From the NCBI GenBank assembly GCA_030704615.1, contig CM060732.1, positions 26,846,001 through 26,910,000 on the forward strand: a stretch of 64,000 bases of DNA. Direction: 5' to 3'. Both the position numbers and the translations under genes were made by a program. The stretch comes from Takakia lepidozioides (Eukaryota > Plantae > Bryophyta). This document shows positions 1 to 11,086 of the stretch, piece by piece; position 1 is the stretch's first letter; each line of letters opens with the position of its first letter. The notes below the pieces were generated by a model. The model did no database searches. It saw only the letters and a program-made list of their open reading frames with translations, and was not told the DNA's origin.

Positions 1-610
1 CTCCGCAACTTCTCTGTCCTCACCCCTTGGTAGTTCCCTCTCAACTCTTCGAAGAACTCCACAACAGGATTGAAGGCAGGCACGGGTGCTAGTGCTGGTG
101 CGGTAGTGGCTTGGGTGGACATTGTAGCTACTGTACCACCAGTCCCACTGCTACTTGCTGAAGCTGCCGGTGCAACGGCAGGTGTAGCCACTGTTCTCGT
201 GGCTCTAGTGCCTCTAGTGATGGAGACATAGTCGGGTGACCAGTACATCCTCCACTCCTCGATCTCAACCTCATGCCCCCGCCTAAACTCATGGTAATCA
301 TCCATAGGCGGCCCCTCAAGGTGCTGAAACAGCCCCTTCCATGCCATGAAAGGCGTAAATAGTTGTGGATTGCGCATTTGCTGCAATCACACCAACTATC
401 AAACTCTTGGATAAAATCATCCAACTCGATGGTGCCCACCGCCCCAGAGTACCTTCGTGGCCCCTTGGTAGCTCCATACATCTCCTCCATTGTGTCCCAC
501 AACAATGTCAAAGAAACAACTTGCACCACCGGTATGAGTCCTCCTGATTCACAATCCGAATCAGAACCTTCCGTAGAAGACACAGGAGGTGAAGGTGGCC
601 TAAACCGCAC
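1..610 (-). pseudogene. Ty3/Gypsy gag N-terminal region, frameshifted, running off the left edge
   Basis: MEEMYGATKGPRRYSGAVGTIELDDFIQEFDSWCD, then after a frameshift near 390 QQMRNPQLFTPFMAWKGLFQHLEGPPMDDYHEF...NPVVEFFEELRGNYQG. This is a retrotransposon-gag-like pattern. Confidence 0.65.
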
Positions 611-1364
611 ACCTCATCTCGTGTACCCACTAGTATCGCTAGTGCTCGAACCGGCACTGTCCCCAGCAACTAGTGGCACCTCCGTGTTGACACTCAACCG
701 GTCATGAACATGTCCCTAACCCCCTCTCCACAAGGTAACCGGGTAGAGAACCCGTTGCGGCTTATGGTTTGGAATACTTAGTTCCTAACATAGCCTACAC
801 CTGTACCTGCATCCACCGCAAGCACTCCTATGGTTGGCTGGTCATCACCTCCAACCTCACCACAGGAGAAACAATGATGGTCTGGCTGGTCATCACCCCA
901 GCCTCACCATCGACAGCATGCTCTAGGACTGGCCGGTGATCAAATCCGGACCAATCACCTATAAAAACAAGCGCCCACACAAAACTAGCATGGCGCACAG
1001 TCAAGCATGCAGGTATGGAGGGGATCCAAACACAAGAAATCAGAACGACAACTCCCCCACACCAAAAACAACTCCACGGTGTTGCTCCTGCAAGGACACC
1101 CCAGCCCAAACCCGGACTGACTCTTGCCTCCACCTACGGAAAGGTCTTGGCCTAATGAGAGGGTGGAAACTACGAGGAAGAGAAACTAAAGCAATGCCTA
1201 ACCCCAGCATGCCCTCATCCCAACACTCTTCCTCTCCTCTCTTCCCTCACTTGCATGACCATGGGAATATCATGAAGATACTCCTCAAACCGCCCTCCAC
1301 GAGCTTCAGTTTCGGCCTTCAAGACCACATGCCAGTCCTTAGGCAGTCCACCAGTGCCTCCACG

Positions 1365-1855
1365 AGTCAGCACAGGCCGTCCACAGGTAAACACGGGCCA
1401 CCACAGACCAGCACAGGCCCACACAGCTCACTGGTCACAGCCGTCACAGTCCCACAGGCCACTGGGCACAGCCTGTCACAGCCCGTCACAGCCCCACAGG
1501 CCACAGGGCACAGCCCGCCACAGCCTGTCACAGCCCCGCACAGCCCGTCACAGCTCGCCACAGCCTGTCACAGCCCGTCACAGCCCCACAGGCCACTGGG
1601 CACAGCCTGTCACAGCCCCTCACAGCCCCTCACAACTCGCCACAACCCCTCACAGCCCCAAAGGCCTCAGGCACGGCCTGACACAGCCCCTCACAGCCCC
1701 ACAGGCCACTGGGCACAGCCTGTCACAGCCCTGCACAACCCGTCACAGCTCGCCACAGCCCCTCACAGCCCAAAGGCCTCAGGCACGGCCTGTCACAGCC
1801 CCTCACAGCCCATCACAGCCCCAAAAGGCCACCGGCACAGCCCGTCACAGCCCCA
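1365..1855. repeat. Tandem array of 10-11-bp (T)CACAGCC-core units with higher-order repeats
   Basis: Directly visible gtcacagccc/ccacaggcca/ggcacagcct units. Confidence 0.95.
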
Positions 1856-3389
1856 TCCATGGCCGCTCTGGCAGTTTAGCCATTTCTCCAAGGGGTTTAG
1901 CCACGCCAAGCTAGGGTTTGTGTCTCTTGGACTCTAGGCTTCTTTCCACCGAGCTATGGTGGCTGTGAGGAAATCAGCAAGGTATTCTTGCTATTTCAGC
2001 TCCCACACACCACCATAGTAGCCCTAAGCCATGAGGTGGTTGCCACAAACCAAGCCTTCTTTCTCACTTAGCCTCCCCAAACACGCCACTAAACTCAATG
2101 GCAAACAACCAAGCCCTGCTGGTCCCCAGCCCTTGTGAGCACTCATTCAAGCACTCTCCTTGGCCATAGCATCTATCTTAGAGCCTATTCCAGCCCCCTA
2201 CACCTGCTGCTTCAAGAGTTGCGCTCCCTTCAAGCTTGAAGTTGAAACCCCAACTCACATAGGCCCTACAAGTGCTTTTCTTTCACTCCAAGTGGAAACC
2301 AGCCCTAGACCTTCTGTTCTAGCTCTCTAAAGCTTGAAAACAAGAGCCTCAATGGGCTGAAGGCATGCTCCACACATGCCCCACCCTCACCATAAGAGAA
2401 TCAGCTCCTTTACTTCATTTCTTGCACCCACAAACTTGAAAATACAAGCTTCAGCAAGCTGATAGCATGCTCCACATGCCCTACAGGGAAACCAACCCCT
2501 TTCTTCCTTTCTTGCACTCCCATACCTGAAAGTGCAAGCCTTCACCAGGCTGATAGCATGCTCCACACATGCATTGCCCTCACATAAGGGAAGTCAGCCC
2601 TTCCCTCTTCCTTGTTTGCCCTCCAAGCTTGAAGATGGAAGCTTCAATGAGCTGAATACATGCTCCACACATGCAACCTCTTCACACAAGAGATATCAGC
2701 CCCCTATCTTGGCTCCTTGGCTCCTTGATGCTCTCTAAGACAAGATTAAGCACTCCATAGCCTTTGCCAAGCTCCTGAAACCCTAAGGCTTACATTTCCA
2801 GCCACAAGACACTTCTCTTGTGGTGCAAGAGCTGTTCTTCCAAGCTCTGAAACCCTAGGTGCACATTCCATGGCCTTGCCGCACCTCTTAGCTCCTGTTC
2901 CAGCCCTGCTCTTGCCATGACAAGAGCCCTCTCAATGCTGAAGCTCGAGATTGAAACCCAATCTCACCATACTCCACAAAGTGCACTGATTTGCCCCAAG
3001 CCAAATCAGCCCTTTCGCTTGGTCTTGCAATCCTTCACACAATGAAAGCTCGCATTCCCAAGTCCAGTTCTCAGCTTTGCCACCAAAGCCACTATAACCT
3101 GCTCTTGACTGGTCCTCTTCCCAATCGTGCTTGCTCATGCATGTACACAGTCTGAAACCATCAAGGTGCTCTGGAATTACCTGCAGCATGGTGCTTTCAT
3201 CTCTGAAGCTGAAGATCGAATGCCAAGGTCTACCACCTCGTAACCCACATCGCCTCCGCTTCTAACAACCAAGAGCTCCACGGTGCTCCTTGCATAACAA
3301 CTTGGTTTCTCTCATTCTCAAGCAAAAACCACAAGTGCTACAACTAACTCGTATCTGGCACTCACAGATACGAGCTCATCTTTCTTGAG

Positions 3390-3724
3390 TGATAAAGAAG
3401 AAGAATACAAGCACGAGCTCACAAATCTGAAGCATAAACTCATGCATATATAACCTCATCACTCAAATACAAGTCAAGCCAAGTGCACCCCACGCCATGG
3501 GGAATCCACACTATGGCGCCATAGCTAGGCGCGGTGAGGCTCAACTCGAGAAAGATGAGCCTTCCGCGCTTGCCGTGAAGATAACCACTCCAGGGCCTAA
3601 ATCTGCCTTGACCCCTGGATTGACACTTGGGCCAATCCCAAATGTCAATATGTAAAAGCTAGCTATTTCCTAGCTAGTTTCACACTAGTGGTAAAATAAC
3701 TTGACACAGTCAAGGGCTCCATCA
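3390..3724 (-). repeat. Putative 5' LTR (~335 bp, TGA...TCA on minus strand)
   Basis: Minus strand starts TGATGGAGCCC at 3724, has a TATATA box near 3450, and ends ...TTTATCA at 3390. The partner LTR is outside the window. Confidence 0.45.
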
Positions 3725-3799
3725 TATACCGTCTATTGCCACCTTTTCATCCTTGAGTCTAGTGAGTGCTATATATTCAGTCCTATCATTTTCTTCATT

Positions 3800-4600
3800 T
3801 TTATTTTTTCTTTTTTCTTTTTTTTAACAGAACAGGGACGGAGGCCCTGGAAATTTATTAAAGGATGGATGAAGGTACAATGAAGTGGAAAAAATAACCA
3901 CCCTGGGGCCGTGAAGGCTTACTGGGGGTACCACCCCGTGACCGTAATTCCGAGAGACCAAGAGAAGGAAAGAGAAATGTCTGAATGAGAGGCCATGACA
4001 GAGCAAGAAGCACCACAAAGCCCAGGTAAAGCAAATGCGTGGTGATGGGCTGCGAGCTGGAAACAAAAGCTAGAGCAGAAGCTGAAAGTAGGTAGCAAGA
4101 GGCCAACCAACAATCAGAACTGCCAAGTCAAAGAGCAGACGAGGCTAAAAGCTGAAAATAACCTACCTACAGCCAGCACAACATATAACAACAGTGCCTG
4201 AAAACAATAGAGCCTTGAAACGATAGAACCCAATAACGTCCTAGCAGAGCTGTGAGCACTAAAGCTTAACACTAAAACTTAAGGTGAGCCCTGGATTTAG
4301 AATCCCTACCGCGCTTGTGCCTCCAATTGAAGTCAGACTCCTCCCCATCAACCGGAGATTCCCATTGGGGTGAGAAGGTGTATTTCCAACGCATTGTTGT
4401 GTTGGACAGTCTAGTGTCGAGGAGGCCATTCTTGCACCAGGAGATATCAAACCTCTTGAGAAGCTTTGCCCTGCGCTGTTCTGAAGCTCGGGGAAGAGCT
4501 GCACACAAAGCCAGCTACGCTTTCCTCCCCTCAGTTCTCAGGTCTATATATACATTAAACAGAATGGACCTGAGAATATTAGTCTATGTGTTAGTGTAGT
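3800..4600 (-). mobile_element. 5'-truncated LINE 3' end with A-rich tail
   Basis: T-rich tract at 3788-3825 is a minus-strand A-rich tail, preceded by AATAAA...GGCCTCCGTCC (same motif as the LINE tail at ~35508). ORF2-like C-terminus ALCAALPRASEQRRAKLLKRFDISWCKNGL. Confidence 0.6.
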
Positions 4601-4601
4601 A

Positions 4602-4975
4602 CAGTCGACCCTCCATATATCTGACCTCCATAAGCGTTAAAAAACTATATGTGTTAGCATAATTCTTACTCTCTACTCGGGTGAACTAAGCAAGCGTTAA
4701 GTGTTTAACTGTTAACAACCGGTTACTCCCCTCTTTGTATAATGACCATGTGTATGTGTTAAAGTGCTCTTCATTCACTCAAGTTAAGTCTGTGATCAAC
4801 TCAAGTGGACATATATAAATGAGCTTAATAATAGAGACTCCAGTGGACAAACATTAAGTGAAAGCAGAAAACTTGAAACATTGCATCATTTCTTGCAGCA
4901 GAGGTCGATGGATGTTATGCACTTGGTAGACAAGTTAGAGAAATTTGCAAAGAGTGTACATAGAGATGTTGAGAC
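4602..4975 (+). mobile_element. Tc1/mariner-pogo-like non-autonomous element, left part
   Basis: TA|CAGTCGACCCTCCATAT terminus at 4600-4618. A matching terminus TA|TAATCGGCCCTCCATAT (14/17) lies at 36784-36802. Interrupted by a hAT-like element. Confidence 0.6.
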
Positions 4976-5318
4976 CAGTGTTGGGCGGGTATATATGTTG
5001 ACATATATACCCGGACGGGTAATAATCAGGGTATCATACTATTGAGACCCGCCACCCAAATTTTTGGTGGACCCTGCTTGAGTTAGAACCGGAGAGGGCC
5101 ATCTCGCCAGTTACCCGGCCCAAGCGGGGGCCAACTTGGCTTACTATATGGAACCGGACTTTAACCTTGAAAATCAGCCGAGTAGTAACTTTTAGACAAG
5201 ACCTTGAGATTTTATTACAACCTAACTGCATTCATGGGTAGTAATTATGCAGCGCCACATGGGTTCCGCATTTAAGAGGACGGTTAGTCAAAGGCTTTTG
5301 GAAGGAAAACCCCCCTCA
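4976..5318 (+). mobile_element. hAT-like MITE, left part (cut by the inversion breakpoint)
   Basis: Terminus CAGTGTTGGGCGGGTAT preceded by the 8-mer GTTGAGAC (4968-4975). The identical terminus at 37051 is preceded by GTCTCAAC, its reverse complement. Confidence 0.8.
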
Positions 5319-7160
5319 GGATGCTCTTGAATGAATTGAGGGGCATCTGGCCGATATTCTGGATCTTGAATAGTGTGTGAAGAAGGTTCGTTGTCACATG
5401 GGCAGTTTCAGTTCTCCTGTCACATACAGTGGTGTGTCATCAGTGAGTGCTAAAAGCAAACAGACAGTGAAGGAAAAAATGCGGACAATAACAGGTGAAG
5501 AAGACACTTACTTGTTAACGTCATGCATTGCCGTCAACAGTGTTGTGATGTTTCCCTTGGGATCCAGCACCATTGAGGCCACAGAGTAGTGCCACTCCTC
5601 CTCGGTGCTATGATATCTCTCGATCATGTTCCTCCAGGCAAGCAATCGGTGGTTGCCATCCCACACATGAAACATCTTGCCAGAGAAAGGCTGGGTGACG
5701 AGCCTCTTGCAAATGATAGATTCGAACTCATCGTTTATCTGTCACCAGATAGGATCCCAGCCTCCAACATTGGACTCGTCCACCAACACCTCTCTGCCAG
5801 AGGAGTCTGCCAAGGACACGTAAAAAACAGATTGACCCTCTATGTACCCATGGCAAAAATCCTGTTCCAACTTTTGAATGTCGTTCGTCAAAACTGGTCG
5901 AACGAAGGGCATGGAGATCAAACGGCATAGGGGTATCATTATTTTTCCCCCAGGGATGCCCATGGCCTTGATGACTTGGGCAGAATTCACTTTGGAGAAG
6001 GAAAGCAGATCTTTCGCTCTGTCTTCGTATGGCCTGCCATCGTCCTCCTCCTCAACAACCACTAGTTCCTGCTCAATGACTTCGTCCTCTACCTGAGCAG
6101 CACCTTTCCTTTTCTTCGTCTGCACTCAAAACGAAAGGTTACGAATGTAAAAGACTTGTGAGAAAATGCGTGCTTCAACGCACGCAATTTTCCACCCTCT
6201 GAAAGGTACTCATTTCTTTTCCTACTTCATACCCAAAGTCAATCTACTCTCTTCCATAAAAGTATGCAGCAGACATTTAATCTAATCTCCCTGAATAGGC
6301 AGAAAGGTGAGTGTGAGAGAACCTCCAGAAACTGCGTGCGTTGACGCACGCAATTTCTGGGGGTTCTCTCACACTGACTTTTCTGCCTATTCAGGGATTT
6401 TGTCTTTGTTAACACAACACAACTGAGAGAAGGCCATACAGAGAACCTCCAGAAAAATGAGTGCGTCAACGCACGCAGTTTCTGGCGATTCTCTCGCACT
6501 CACTTTTTTGCCTATTCAGGGCTTTTTTGTCTCTGTTAACTCAGCACAGCTAAGAGAAGGTCATAGAGAGAACATTCAGAAATTGCGTGCATTGACGCAC
6601 TTATTTTCTTGAGGTTCTCTGAATGGCCTTCTCTCGGCTGTCGAACTCTAATCTCAGCTGTCCCTCCTCCTATGCAGTACATGGAAAGTGAGAAGTGGGT
6701 CATACCCGGGTTTGGTTGTTATGCATTGCTTGCATCCCTGTGGTCTTACTCTGAACGATCAAGCAAAAAAAAGCAGAATAGAGGGCAAGAAAATTGCGTG
6801 CGCCAACGCACGCAATTTTCATGCCCTCTATTCTTGACAGAAGATGGCAAGTAAGTGAATCATCTGAGGTCCTTTTGCCGAAGAACTCCCAGATGCCTTT
6901 GATGTGGCAACAACGGCAGCCTTCTTAACCTTCGGCGTCGCCTCCTCCTCCATGACGTTCTTACCCTTCGGCGTGGATTCCTTCGCAAGAGCGTCCGCCT
7001 CGTCTGTGTCCATAGCGTCTGTGTCGTCCTCTGATGCAGTCTCGTCCCCAACTTCATCACGAGTTGGCGGCTGGTCCTCCACCGCCATGTGTTCGGTTTC
7101 CAGGGTTGCGCTCTCCTCTGCGATCTCCTTCTGTGTCATGTTGAGCTTTTGGCCTTTCAT
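5315..7160 (-). pseudogene. 5' half (exons 1-3) of the transposon cargo gene, with a ParB/Srx-like N-terminal domain
   Basis: Exon 1 ~7160-6864 (acidic, low complexity; donor apparently mutated). Exon 2 6119-5512: IMIPLCRLISMPFVRPVLTNDIQKLEQDF...MFHVWDGNHRLLAW (DGNHR at 5646-5660; TGA at 5742). Exon 3 5416-5315: RTETAHVTTNLLHTLFKIQNIGQMPLNSFKSIL. Intron 2 is GT-AG and in phase. Confidence 0.75.
6163..6834. repeat. Cluster of five palindromes with core TGCGTGCG-N4-CGCACGCA in intron 1, partly within ~128-bp tandem units
   Basis: Copies at 6163-6191, 6288-6397 (53-bp stem, 4 mismatches), 6449-6486, 6578-6610 and 6775-6834 (28-bp stem, 1 mismatch). Confidence 0.9.
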
Positions 7161-7917
7161 TCTCTCTCTTGCCTTCTTCCTATCTCGCGCTAAAGTAAAA
7201 AAGAATGACTGTCTTCTATGCCTTCCACTCTCTCGCGCGAAACTCTGTCTCCTGCTACTCTCCAGCTTGAAAAACTATGATCTACTGGAATGAGAGACGT
7301 CGTGCGATGAGTAGCAGCGGGGCATCGCTCTCGGCGGTTATGCATGTATTCACTGCATATGTGTCCCCCTCCTAACGGCACACTCGTCCATTCTGCGGTG
7401 GCCACCGTCTTTCATTATGGAGGTATGGCCATCGCATGGATTTGATTCGGATGGATGACTAATTTCAGTAGATTTTTTGGATTCTCCCGGATGAACATCT
7501 TCCATTCGTTCGACGGCGATTCCTCTTAAACCCTGTACTCAATGCATGTCGGGTACCACGTGGCTGAACACATTGGGGTGGCATGGGATGTCGGTCTCTG
7601 CCGTCATTTCACATGTGACTGTAAAGGCACATAATTGCTTAACAACTGTTTTATGAACTGTTTTGACAACTATTTCTGAAAGGCTCTTTAACGGTATGTC
7701 AGCTTTAAAAACAGGTCTTGGCTGACCCTTCCAGAACGGTTTGGGACATACATGACATGTTGTCCTTTGCCGACCTCGTAGTAAAGGTGACGGACTTTTG
7801 GGTTTCGGTCTGAAATGCAAAGCATGAGAAATGTAATCCCCACTATCATTTGTAATAAGAATCTGCACAGAAGTTGTGGCTTCCGCACTTCTGCGAGGGA
7901 ATTTCTCTTGCAGCAAC

Positions 7918-9609
7918 ATGGCTTCCTCTAAAGCGGAGTTTTACTCTGTGGAGAAACCAGTACCTTTCTCGAAGGAGACCGATGACAATGGTTTTGCAAT
8001 TGCGGAGGAACATCTCCTAGCAACGCGTTTTGAGTTCCAGTATGGTACTGTGTGGCTGGAAAGAGAGGTTTACGGTGACGATGAGAAGTTGAAGAAGTAT
8101 GCTTTCCAGAAACCGGATGAAAACGCACTTATGAGTCAGTGGAGAGTTCCTCCAGGAAGATACAGAGTCCTTGGAGCTCCTCGACGGCAGTCGATTGGTT
8201 CGTATGTGACGCCGCGAACTGCTGCTTCTGTTGTTCAAGACAAGAGGAATGTGGTCGTGAAGACGGAGCCCACAACTTCCAGACTAATTGTTGAGCTCTC
8301 CGACTCCTCGGAGGAGGACGTCCCGAAAATTCCTTTTCTTGCTCCTTCTCCGGTGGTCGTGGTGCCGGAATTGAAGGACCTGTGTAGTGTCATTCCTAAA
8401 CTGAAGTCAATGGGAGGAATGCCCGGTTTCAAGAGTGAATTGCGGGGGATTGACTGGGACACTGTCCCTGTTGAGCGTGTGCAGTACCTTCCAGAATCTT
8501 TTGATGGGGATGTCGTCTTCGAGCTGCCTGCACCTGGGCGGGGTGGACCCGTTTTGAGCCTCATGCATGGAATGGACAAGAGACACGATGGACACCCATG
8601 GTGCAGAACGAAGACATCCAATATTCAAAATGATGACAAGCTCGTGTTCAGAAGAGCGGTGTGCAATGGGCACCTGAGGTGAATTTGAGTTGCAGACCCC
8701 TGCGGTCAGAGGTTCAGAACGAGAGCAAGTGGGAGGGTGTCACCAAGAATCCTTTCAAGCCCGGTGAAGCACCTCCAAGCTCCAACACTTTTGTTTGCAA
8801 GTTCTGCAAACGAGCATCTTCCTATGTGGCAGTGTGTGGAGCAAGAATGTACTATGTGGTGCACCGTTTTCCAACCTTGACTAGAGCCGGTGTGCATTTT
8901 GGGTTCCACAACCATCCAATGTCGAAGGGGAATTACAGGGAAAGCGTTGAAACAGTATCCAGGTTGATAAGACAAGAGTATGAGAGCAATCCAACAGCCA
9001 CCACCTCCACAATTGTTCTTGGAGCAAGCAAGACTTTCCTGGAAACCCATATTCTTAGTGAAGGAGATTATGTGGGCATGAAACTCGACGGGTCAGCCTT
9101 GGACAATGTTATGGATCACTTCTCTACCTTGAGCTCACCGAACATTAAAAACCAGGTGAATGCATTGAGGATGGGCTCTGCTAACAGAGGGTACGTTGAT
9201 AACATTTTCGAGTTGAAGCGACGGAGCAGGTATGACTACATTCAAGAGAGTGTGTTCCCAGGTCAAGGGTCGAATAAAGTGTACGTTTTCAAAATGTCCA
9301 CAGCCGGGGAGGGCAGTGGAGTCAGTCTTGTGAAGCGCATGCAGAAGGGTGGCGATCTTCGGAACTGTTTCCTTATGTTTGATCACGTCAAACGAGTGAA
9401 AGACTAGACTACAATGGCGTGTCATGTTTACGATCCTTTCTACCAGCGAGTCATGACAATTGCAGTGTGTGACATGCAATCAGAGGATGCGATTTGCAGC
9501 AGCTAATGTGGAGAAGTCTCATTCGCGTTATGGACTCCCAAGGTGTCCCATGTCCAAATTTTGCCGGATCTATGGCAGACAGTGCTCAAGCAAACTTCAA
9601 TGTTATTCG
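7918..9609 (+). pseudogene. Mutator-like (MULE) DDE transposase with a GCM/WRKY-type Zn domain, disrupted and truncated by a Gypsy insertion
   Basis: DGHPWCRTKTSN...RRAVCNGHLR / VCKFCK...CGARMYYV...GFHNHP (GCM-like). Then LMFDHVKRVKD*TTMACHVYD...IAVCDMQSED and, after a frameshift, QLMWRSL...PNFAGSMADSAQANFNVIRV (first two catalytic-Asp regions of a MULE domain). Stops at TGTTAGAGG (9610). Confidence 0.75.
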
Positions 9610-10210
9610 TGTTAGAGGACTGTCTGGGACTTAGGCACTTGTATGGGTTCTGTGGGGTCTGGGACTTAGACACTTTTATGGGTTCCAAGGGGTACCCTTA
9701 TTTTTTACATAGACTAGTCACAGCCCACACAGCCCGCACAGCCAATCACAGCCCGACACAGCTCGACACAGCCCGACACAGTCGCACAGCCAGTCACAGC
9801 CCGTCACAGTTTCACACAGTCAGTCACAGCTTGACACAGTTGTCACGACCATAGGGAATGGATAGCAGGACAGGGAACAACTGCGGGGAACAACATCTGC
9901 GAATGGAACATGTTAGTTCACGGATGACGGATAGTGAGGGAAACGGTTAGAACAACGGGTAGGAAGATAAAGCCAGTAGCGGGGACTGGAAAGGGATCAC
10001 TGTTTGGGGAATCTTGGGGGGACATCACAGAGGACGGACGGAGGGAGATGGGGAGAGAAGAGGAATGATGATGATACTACAGAGAGGAGGAGGAGACAAT
10101 TGCGACTTAGTTAGTAGAAGCTGTAGAATTACATAGAAAGGTAGATTAGAGAAACTGTGGCATCAACATGTATCTGATTATCATTAATATGATTCTTATC
10201 CAATACAAAC
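9610..10210 (+). repeat. Putative 5' LTR (3' boundary uncertain) containing a CACAGCC array at 9716-9850
   Basis: Starts TGTTAG; candidate ends ...AACA at 10168 or 10210. No canonical TGG-type PBS recognised. Confidence 0.5.
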
Positions 10211-10371
10211 ACCTTGTGTAGAGAGACTTGAGTGAAGCTGTGTATGAATGGAATCAGAGGGTCAAAGGAGCAATTTGACGCTTAAATGTACTTGGTAAAG
10301 AAGAACTGAGAATATGAAAGTAAGAAGGAATATAAATTGGAAACCCAACCATGATTCACTAGCTGCAGGTC

Positions 10372-11037
10372 ATGACTGATTGTTCTACGCGGGCTGAGTG
10401 CTTAGAGATATCCAACTCTTCTATCTTGGAATTTCCCCCTCGGATAGCGAAGGGATGGGTGAGTAAAAGTCGCGTGACATTTGGCGACCATACTGGGGAA
10501 CTGGGTAAAGAACAACCAGATGTGATAGGCATCTGGTGGGATCATGGCGGTTGGAGAATTAAAGAATTTGATGTGAATCAAATTCCCTGTGGAACAAAGA
10601 ATGAAAGATTGTCTAAACAATTCTTTCAGAGGTTCTTGGAATTGCCAGACGGTTGTAAAGAAAATATTCTTAAGAGAGTGCATGATGCTGACCCGGAATG
10701 GGGTCTGGAGAGAGGAGTGATAAAGATTTATCAGGTGGCCTGTAGAGGAAGAGCACGTTGGTTACCAACACTGGTTTATGTGATAGCCCTGCTATCCATT
10801 AAGCGAGTAGAGTTTGACAGCTGGGAGGAAAGAAAGGTGAATGTTTATACTCATATGCATGAGGAACTTGTACTGGTAAAGAACTGGATTCCAAATGATA
10901 TCTTGTGGATCAAACTCACACCAAGAACAACTTTTCAGACTTGTTTACCATATGGGTATATGGTAACGGAGACTTCTAGTATATCCAGAGGAACATTGAA
11001 GCTTGAGAGAAACCCACGCATATACGAGATACTATAG
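10372..11037 (+). CDS. Unknown 221-aa ORF upstream of gag (retrotransposon ORF0)
   Basis: Uninterrupted ATG-initiated ORF between LTR and gag, with globular-like composition and no recognised motif. Confidence 0.55.
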   Translation: MTDCSTRAECLEISNSSILEFPPRIAKGWVSKSRVTFGDHTGELGKEQPDVIGIWWDHGGWRIKEFDVNQIPCGTKNERLSKQFFQRFLELPDGCKENILKRVHDADPEWGLERGVIKIYQVACRGRARWLPTLVYVIALLSIKRVEFDSWEERKVNVYTHMHEELVLVKNWIPNDILWIKLTPRTTFQTCLPYGYMVTETSSISRGTLKLERNPRIYEIL

Positions 11038-11086
11038 AAGGGAGTTTTGGACATTGCCACATTAAAAGAAATGAAGGACATGGGAC

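Larger units (their letters stand above)
1..3724 (-). mobile_element. 5' part of a Ty3/Gypsy LTR retrotransposon (LTR, long leader with tandem repeats, gag)
   Basis: gag at 1-610, CACAGCC array at 1365-1855, internally repetitive leader at 1900-3300 (gcatgctccaca x4), putative LTR at 3390-3724. Confidence 0.6.

Noticed and set aside
936-1937. 333-aa and 186-aa S/P/Q/H/T-rich ORFs
   Set aside because: They are translations of the stop-free CACAGCC tandem array, antisense to the retroelement; no evidence of coding.
5500-6125. Bacterial contamination or prophage because of the ParB-like motif
   Set aside because: The gene has spliceosomal GT-AG introns and is nested among plant TEs.
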